From a virus: 64,000 bases of DNA. Of this stretch, positions 57,823 through 64,000 are shown one piece after another. The stretch is taken from positions 10,637-74,636 of the IMG/VR virus record IMGVR_UViG_3300033977_000098; one strand, written 5' to 3'. Each line of letters opens with the position of its first letter. Position 1 is the first letter of the stretch. The translations under genes and the position numbers were made by a program. The notes under the pieces were generated by a model. It was not told the DNA's origin, did no database searches, and was given only the letters and a program-made list of their open reading frames with translations.

Positions 57823-58595
57823 TTACCATGGGCCAATTGCAGACCGGCTTGCAGCACTCTTGCACGACGTTCTTTCTTTGTATGGGCATCGAGATTCATC
57901 TCATTTCGCCCCGCTTGCCGGCGTCGCATGTAGTTGCTCTGTCTTTTGTTTGTTCTCATAGAATCAGCCTTTGGAGGTTGCGGGTTGTGACACGGAGGGC
58001 TTGTCCTAAGCCCCTCCGTTACAGCCCCCGTATGGCGCTGGGCGCTTAACGGCTGTGGAAAGGGTGGCGCGCTATCCCGGCACCGTCGCACGGAGCGATA
58101 CGGACTGAGGATCACGGGCCGCGCCAGGGAAAGGGCTGACGACAGGATTTAATCCTTTGCCCTCACGAAGGCCAGCCCACGTGCGTCTGTTAGTTCCCAG
58201 GCGCCGTTTGGCCTGCCATCCGCCCACTCACAGCTTTCCCTTGTCCGCCCGCCACACGTTGCCGTGTGGATTACGTGCGCGCAGTTCTCCCCAGCCACGC
58301 TGTGAGGCGCAGAGGCCAATGGCGTGAATTGTGAGGATTGACCGTACTGGAAAAGTCTGATCATCCCACTTGCCTGGGAGAATAGGGAGCCTGGGCAAGC
58401 AGGCCCCCAAACTCATAGAGCGTCCGCCTTGCGCAGGGCGAACACAACCTATCTTAGTGATGTTTCGCGTTCAGGTCAAGTATTTCATCTGCCGCGCGGT
58501 GAAGATAGTAGAATGCCATCGGCCTCTTGTCCACGCAAAAATTGACGCCACAGCTAGTACCGCCCGCGGACTCACCCACTAGAGGTTGGGTTGGG

Positions 58596-60296
58596 TTAAT
58601 CCAAAAAAAGGATATGGCGAGCGACCACGCGATCGCCGCGATATTCTACCAAGCCAAGACTTCGCAAACGGCCGCGCGGATTGTTGTATCCTCCACTGCC
58701 CAGCGTATAGTTAGCGCGCTCAGCAAGCTCTGCATTCGTCAGCCCATCCACCCCCGCTTCCAGTAAGGGCATCAAAAGCCTCTGCTCGGGGCCCGGCAGC
58801 CGTCCCAGCACGGCCTTGTGCAATTCGGCGGTGGTAAGGGGAGTGGCAGGGGCCTGAGCGAAATTGCGGCCATGCGGTGTCAACCGGATCTTGTTGCCGA
58901 CGTACTCGACCATCCCTTTGACTCGCAAAGCTCCGCGCGGATTATTGAAGCCGCCACAACCGTATCTGTAACCGGCGAGAAAAGCGACAGCGGTTTGCTC
59001 GGGACTATCGTTCCCGATACTCTCCAGCCAGACGATAGCATTCAGAATGCGCTGTTCAGGACCCGTGAGTTCATTGTCAGGGGCTGTTTCGTCCAGCGAT
59101 TTAGGAGCCAAGATTGCTGCCGCTCGCTTAACAGGCTCGATGCGAGGCTGAGGGACAGGGTCAACGTGATGGACAGGTAAAGCAGGAAGAACTTGAACTT
59201 CCTCCACAAGTTTCCGCAGTGTCGCGGCCACGCGACCGAGCAGCTTACTCATTTCGTTCACCGGCCGCTGCCAGCGTTGCCTTTCCTCGCGCACAGCCCG
59301 CTCAAGGTCGCGATTATCCACGATCGGTTTCGATATGACAGGCGCCGCTTTTCTTGTGAGCGCCAATTCCCCTTTGAGCGCACGGATCTCCTGGCGCATT
59401 TCAGCTTCCGTCCGTGCTTTCTCTTCTGCCGCTTTCGGAAGGTCCGCGAGCTTGGGGAGGAGCAATCTCACTTTATCAGGTGGAGGCGGCGGTTCGAGCG
59501 CGTACTTCGAATTTTCCAGCTCATGGCTCGTCTGAACACCGCCAATTTTGAGCATTAACCGTTCCTTACAGATGGCGCGTCCGATGGCAAAGAAGTGGCC
59601 CGGCTCGAGGACACGCATTTGTTGGTCGAAGTCACGTCGTCCTTCGGGCAAGATACTCAGAAGGTCCGCTGCGCGTTTTAAGTCAACATCCTCAAAAGTC
59701 GGCCCCACTAGGCGATTCAACAGCTCCGCGCTGGCATCCTTACGCAGCTTGCCCAGTCGTTGGGTTGCCCACACGGCGCAGAATCGACGCTTGCGACCCC
59801 GTGTGGGAAGGGAAGTCATGGCCTCGGAAGCTTCGGATTCGCCCGCTCCCTTCTCTGGACAGAACGTATGTGCTTCGTCCACGATGATGATCGTAGGGCG
59901 CCAGAATTTTTTGGGCGCATCAATCAATGCCTCCAAAAAGAGTTTCACCCAGCGGTGACGCTCCAGCGGCTTCAACTCGTAAAGGTCGCAAACGGCTGAC
60001 GCCCGCAACTCCAAAAGCTTATGGGCCACCAGCGAGGCTGAACGCGGATCGGCCGGCGTCTCGCCACCTTTTCCAACCAGCACGTAGCCGAACCTTTCCC
60101 GCAGCGTGGCAAATTCACCTTCCGGGTCCACGATGATGACCGGAATCTTTCCGAAAAACTGCTCCGCCAGGCGCCGACAGGTGAAACTCTTACCCCCTCC
60201 AGAATTCGCCTGAATCAGCAGCCGCGTCCGCAGCAACACGTCTAGGTCGAGATGAACGCTTTTGCCCGTTGATGTTTGGCCCAAGATGATGTTCAT
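58596..60296 (-). CDS. HerA/DUF87-like P-loop ATPase with winged-helix C-terminus
   Basis: ANSGGGKS, IVDPEGEF, IVDEAH, RGRKR, ATQR; duplicated GGxNNPRGxLR repeats. Confidence 0.85.
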   Translation of the reverse strand: MNIILGQTSTGKSVHLDLDVLLRTRLLIQANSGGGKSFTCRRLAEQFFGKIPVIIVDPEGEFATLRERFGYVLVGKGGETPADPRSASLVAHKLLELRASAVCDLYELKPLERHRWVKLFLEALIDAPKKFWRPTIIIVDEAHTFCPEKGAGESEASEAMTSLPTRGRKRRFCAVWATQRLGKLRKDASAELLNRLVGPTFEDVDLKRAADLLSILPEGRRDFDQQMRVLEPGHFFAIGRAICKERLMLKIGGVQTSHELENSKYALEPPPPPDKVRLLLPKLADLPKAAEEKARTEAEMRQEIRALKGELALTRKAAPVISKPIVDNRDLERAVREERQRWQRPVNEMSKLLGRVAATLRKLVEEVQVLPALPVHHVDPVPQPRIEPVKRAAAILAPKSLDETAPDNELTGPEQRILNAIVWLESIGNDSPEQTAVAFLAGYRYGCGGFNNPRGALRVKGMVEYVGNKIRLTPHGRNFAQAPATPLTTAELHKAVLGRLPGPEQRLLMPLLEAGVDGLTNAELAERANYTLGSGGYNNPRGRLRSLGLVEYRGDRVVARHILFLD

Positions 60297-60299
60297 AGG

Positions 60300-60615
60300 A
60301 ATCAGTTTCGTGTCCGTTCCCAGGCTTCAGCCCGGACCGACACAGACTTTCGACTTGCCCAATCGTCTCCGCCTTCTCTGGGTGCTTGCGTTCGAAGAGC
60401 CAATCGCTCCGGCTTACCTTGATTTCAAAACCATGGATATACAGACCCCGACTCTTCCAACAGCCGATAGCAACGGCATCTGCAATGCGGCTGCGCCATC
60501 CCGTCTGGTCGGCAACTTGGGTTAGCAAGGCATACTCCGGGTCGGGATAGCGCTTCGCGAGCAGCGTTAATAGTCCTGCCGCTGTCCAGTCCGACTTCAT
60601 AGACTTATGCCTCAT
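60300..60615 (-). pseudogene. Truncated PD-(D/E)XK (MmcB-like) phage nuclease
   Basis: RIADAVAI...HGFEIKVSRSDW...PEKAE, then unrelated sequence. Confidence 0.55.
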
Positions 60616-60649
60616 ATGGCCACTGCCCGAAACAGGCCAACGTCAAAGC

Positions 60650-61699
60650 TCATGGCGTCCTCCGCAGTGTCGCTTCCGTCTCCCACCAGCACTCAAAACC
60701 GGGAATGAGTACGACGTTGGGCCTCTCCATGCTACCTCCCGAAGCCTCACCCAACTTTTTCATCTTGTGTGTCACCGCGCTCTCGTCGAGCACTAGGAAT
60801 TCCCGCGCCACTTTCGCGCAGTTGGCGCAGCTTTCGATATTCGCCTTGGCATGACCGCAGACGATCCGCCATTTGGGAACCCGCCGCGTGCCCCGCAGGG
60901 CGGAGGGGATAGGCGCCGGAGGCGGGACATATACGGCTGCCGGTACAACACTCTCGAGCACAGGCGGCGGAGGGGGCGGCGGCGGTGGTGCTTTTTGAGT
61001 GAACTTCATCACACTCAGCGCCTCCGCCGTGTTTCCCTTGCCGAGTGAATCCAAGGCTGATTCGATGCCGGCGATGTCCTGCTTGACTTGATCGAGGTTG
61101 TCACTGCGCTGCTTCGCCATGGCCAGGCATTCCTCGACAGCCGTTTTCTCACCGACCAGGCCAAGGTAACCGACGAGCTGTATTAGTGCTGCCTGGCGCT
61201 GGCTCTCGGCAGCATCCAGTTCTTCCTTGGCCTTGCGCTCTGCTTCCTGACGCAACTCTTCCTGCTTCCTGCGTGCCGCTTCGTCTGCAATGCGCTGGAG
61301 GCGCTGCCGCTCACGTTCTACCGCCTCTTCTTTCTGTTTCTCATAGCGTGCCATGGCGCCCGATAGGCTTCTCTCGCGCACTTCGAGCAAGGCGTCCCAC
61401 GCACTAATCCAGCCGGTTAATGTGCGATGCAACTGATGGAAGACCCCAGCCGCAGTTTTCACAACGGACTTCTGCAAGTGTTTTCGCAGCTCCACAATTT
61501 GCTCAAGGCGAATATTCGCCGCGAGCTGTCCGGCGTCGTCCACAATCGTCGTGATCGTCCCAGCTTCGGCAACCCGGGCCCTGACGAGTTCATCGAGGGT
61601 CGGTTTTGCATTCTGCGCCTCGCGGATAAGCTCTTGCCCCGTTGGGCCGAGCAACTCTGCCAGCGCGGTCCCTCCAGTTTCTAAAGCTCCGCCTTTCAT
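60650..61699 (-). CDS. Coiled-coil phage protein with poly-Pro linker
   Basis: Long charged helix; AAGGAGG RBS. Confidence 0.6.
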   Translation of the reverse strand: MKGGALETGGTALAELLGPTGQELIREAQNAKPTLDELVRARVAEAGTITTIVDDAGQLAANIRLEQIVELRKHLQKSVVKTAAGVFHQLHRTLTGWISAWDALLEVRERSLSGAMARYEKQKEEAVERERQRLQRIADEAARRKQEELRQEAERKAKEELDAAESQRQAALIQLVGYLGLVGEKTAVEECLAMAKQRSDNLDQVKQDIAGIESALDSLGKGNTAEALSVMKFTQKAPPPPPPPPPVLESVVPAAVYVPPPAPIPSALRGTRRVPKWRIVCGHAKANIESCANCAKVAREFLVLDESAVTHKMKKLGEASGGSMERPNVVLIPGFECWWETEATLRRTP

Positions 61700-61724
61700 A
61701 ATGCCTCCTTTCGCTTAGGCCGCT

Positions 61725-61874
61725 TGAGCCAAACCCTCAGCCCTGCCCTCGGAGTGAAACACTCAGCGCTGCGACGCCTTCCCCGAGGAACAGGGTCAGT
61801 TGCTCAAGTGCGTTGAGCACTGCTACTTCCCACCCTGGCCCGGCTTAGCCGGGTTGGGCAGGGCTGAGGGCTCA
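61725..61874. ncRNA. Candidate multi-branch structured RNA
   Basis: Perfect 15-bp closing stem 61734-61748/61856-61870 enclosing several hairpins. Confidence 0.45.
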
Positions 61875-61877
61875 GCT

Positions 61878-62420
61878 TCAAAGCCACTGCGTCGGCCCGA
61901 GCGTCATCACCTTCGTGCTGTAGGGCAGCATCAGCGGATGCCGCGGCCAACCGTCTTTCGTCAATCCCAAACAGCGGAAGATTTCGAGGGCGCGCATGAC
62001 CTCCACCGCCTGCCGTCTAAGCCTCTTATGGATGCTGCCGAAGGCTACAATCGGGACTTGCCAGTCGCCCTGCTTCTTGCAACGCTCCGCGATTTGCCAG
62101 GGCGTATTCTCCGGCCCTACTGGCTCAACATCTGGGCGCAGCAATTGGCGCGGGTCAGTAGCCCGATAGGCGAAGACATTGAACAGCCAGAAGCCGCCGT
62201 AGCCGAACCGCGAACTGAATCCCATGATTTTCCGCACCGTAGGATCATCGACTGAAGCATCGGCGGTGCTGGGATTCAAGCAGACCCAAGCAAGCTCTAA
62301 CTTTCGCGGGTCCCACCAGCGATGCAGGGAGTAGCGATACTCACCGCCTGGTGACATTTCAGCTTCGCGCTGAATTCCAATCAAAGATTGCAAGCGGCTG
62401 TTGGTTTCAAGGACGCGCAT
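61878..62420 (-). CDS. DUF1643 family protein
   Basis: YRYSLHRWW...CLNPSTAD...DDPTVRK...NVFAYRATDP...GLTKDGWPRHPL. Confidence 0.9.
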   Translation of the reverse strand: MRVLETNSRLQSLIGIQREAEMSPGGEYRYSLHRWWDPRKLELAWVCLNPSTADASVDDPTVRKIMGFSSRFGYGGFWLFNVFAYRATDPRQLLRPDVEPVGPENTPWQIAERCKKQGDWQVPIVAFGSIHKRLRRQAVEVMRALEIFRCLGLTKDGWPRHPLMLPYSTKVMTLGPTQWL

Positions 62421-62529
62421 GCTGAAGTTCCCATCTTTCCGCCGCGCTAATGTCGTGCATTTCTCTGCCTAGTAGCTCCTCGAATTCCAGCGGAGACATA
62501 CGGCCAGGCAGGCCCCAGTCGTTGCTCGC

Positions 62530-62814
62530 TCAGTCCTCGAATTCTACGATGGAACTGATGTTGTTGTATTTGACGATGACCTGTTGGACCTTAGCTAGGG
62601 ACTTGAAATCGCCGAGCGCCAACACTTTAAGAAATAGCGGAAAATCGAGTGGCATGCGAGGTGCGCTAAAGGCTTTTTTCATGTCCTTCGGCGTCGCTTC
62701 GAAGGTCCCCTGATAAAGTTCTTCAGCCACCAAACATGTTGTCGTGATCGCCCTGCCTTCGACAATCACGCCGACCGGATTAATAAAAGTTACGAGCATC
62801 TTCTTTTTTGGCAT
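62530..62814 (-). CDS. Hypothetical protein
   Basis: GAGG RBS, operonic. Confidence 0.5.
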   Translation of the reverse strand: MPKKKMLVTFINPVGVIVEGRAITTTCLVAEELYQGTFEATPKDMKKAFSAPRMPLDFPLFLKVLALGDFKSLAKVQQVIVKYNNISSIVEFED

Positions 62815-62822
62815 ATTGCACC

Positions 62823-63161
62823 TCAGAATTTATTTTGCTGGTATAGGTCCCACTCAGCTTCGGTGGGTTCGCGCTGGTAGCGTTCGACGGCGTAGTCCAC
62901 CCTCGTTGGTTCCATAACACCTGAATCCGGCAGCGATAAAATCCGCATCTGCAATTCCATGAGCAGCTTCACCCGCTCAGCAGCCTGAGCGGCAGCCGTG
63001 AGTTCGATCATCATTCGCTCTTCGAACGCCAAGGCTTTCCACCGATGGTCGGCATGCGCAAGATTGGCATGAGCTAGTTCCAGCGCTATTTCTCGGAGCC
63101 GATTCTCATGTTGGGCGCCGGGGTGCCTCATTGACGTATCCCTCGTCGGCGCCGCTCCCAC
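62823..63161 (-). CDS. Hypothetical protein
   Basis: Operonic ORF. Confidence 0.45.
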   Translation of the reverse strand: MGAAPTRDTSMRHPGAQHENRLREIALELAHANLAHADHRWKALAFEERMMIELTAAAQAAERVKLLMELQMRILSLPDSGVMEPTRVDYAVERYQREPTEAEWDLYQQNKF

Positions 63162-63832
63162 TCCAGCCGTAGCGCCGCCAGAAATGTTTCTTCGTCCGCG
63201 CCGACCTTATGCTCCTTGGGCCGCGCATAACTGCCGTCCGGCCGAAGTTGCAGCGTGCCCCGCTTGTAGCGGAAGGGGGGACGCGGAGGTTTCGGCAAGC
63301 AAAGCGCATACCCGGCGGTCTGGAACGGATGCCACGGGTAAAGCTCGGCAGTGCATTTCACATCAACGACCCAAGGCTCTCGCTGCCAGTCACCTTCAAC
63401 GTCGAGCGTTCCGGCCCACCATAGCCCATTCCAGAAGCCCACCACCCGGCGCTCCGTGTACTTCACCTCGAAGCCGCTGTCCTTCAGGAACGCCAAGTAG
63501 CCCTGGAAGTACGGCGCAACCTGCGAGTCTAAGCTGTCCAAGTCCAACTCACGGCGCTGCCAGAGGTGGATTGCCTTCGCGCAATAGGCGCCGATGATCC
63601 GCTTGCGCTCCAACACGCCCGCCGGCACTTGGCTGTAGTTCTCGCACAGGCCAGCCCTTTCCAGGATGCCCGTCACGCTCGGCACGTCAAAGCAGCGCTT
63701 GTTGAACGGGTCTTCCACCCGATAGACATGGGTCTGTTCGCAAAAGCTGAACCTCACGCCCCGACCGTCAGGTAGAACGTGATAAGCCCATTCGTGGTCG
63801 AACGCCTGAACGGTTGAAGGTAGGTTCCCCAT
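63128..63832 (-). CDS. PD-(D/E)XK phage exonuclease-like protein
   Basis: HVYR...PSVTGIL...WAGTLD...VVDVK...QTAGY. Confidence 0.8.
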   Translation of the reverse strand: MGNLPSTVQAFDHEWAYHVLPDGRGVRFSFCEQTHVYRVEDPFNKRCFDVPSVTGILERAGLCENYSQVPAGVLERKRIIGAYCAKAIHLWQRRELDLDSLDSQVAPYFQGYLAFLKDSGFEVKYTERRVVGFWNGLWWAGTLDVEGDWQREPWVVDVKCTAELYPWHPFQTAGYALCLPKPPRPPFRYKRGTLQLRPDGSYARPKEHKVGADEETFLAALRLEWERRRRGIRQ

Positions 63833-64000
63833 TCGCGCGTCACTCGAAATCATATTTCTCGCAACCAGGCCCGAATAGACGATTGCAAAGTTCGGCAAAC
63901 GAGCCCGACCATGACAGACTCCAAGGCTTTTTGCCTTGATCGACCTCACTATCGCTCGGTTTGATCGTGAGGTCAACGATCACGCACGTCCCGGTATGGT

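Noticed and set aside
1-64000. Diversity-generating retroelement or retron
   Set aside because: No reverse transcriptase seen, and the 37-bp repeat is exact with no adenine-specific mismatches.

Overview
Mosaic, GC-rich tailed-phage/prophage region. The interspersed palindromic and short tandem repeats suggest an Acidobacteriota-like host (inference). 1-28 kb (- strand) is a late operon: GT2/methyltransferase fusion, free-standing HNH, putative major capsid protein, prohead protease/scaffold, a multidomain MuF head-morphogenesis protein, effector-like ORFs (kinase+nuclease, RlpA-like, Nudix+ADP-ribosyltransferase), portal, TerL and TerS, with four inteins in total. 28-40 kb (mostly +) holds early/accessory genes (DUF5131, TnpB, HAD, ParB, methyltransferase). 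40.5-53 kb holds stacked IS1- and IS1595-type cargo elements (RM/Vsr, PIN toxin) next to a truncated Mu-like gene cluster. 53-64 kb (- strand) holds phage DNA-metabolism genes. Strongest novel candidate: an Ala1 intein in MuF (7147-8085) with no in-frame endonuclease, but with a DUF559/Vsr-like endonuclease encoded entirely on its ANTISENSE strand (7213-8070). Second: an intact TnpB bounded by perfect 25-bp IS1-type terminal inverted repeats. All calls come from motif recognition by eye; no searches were run.
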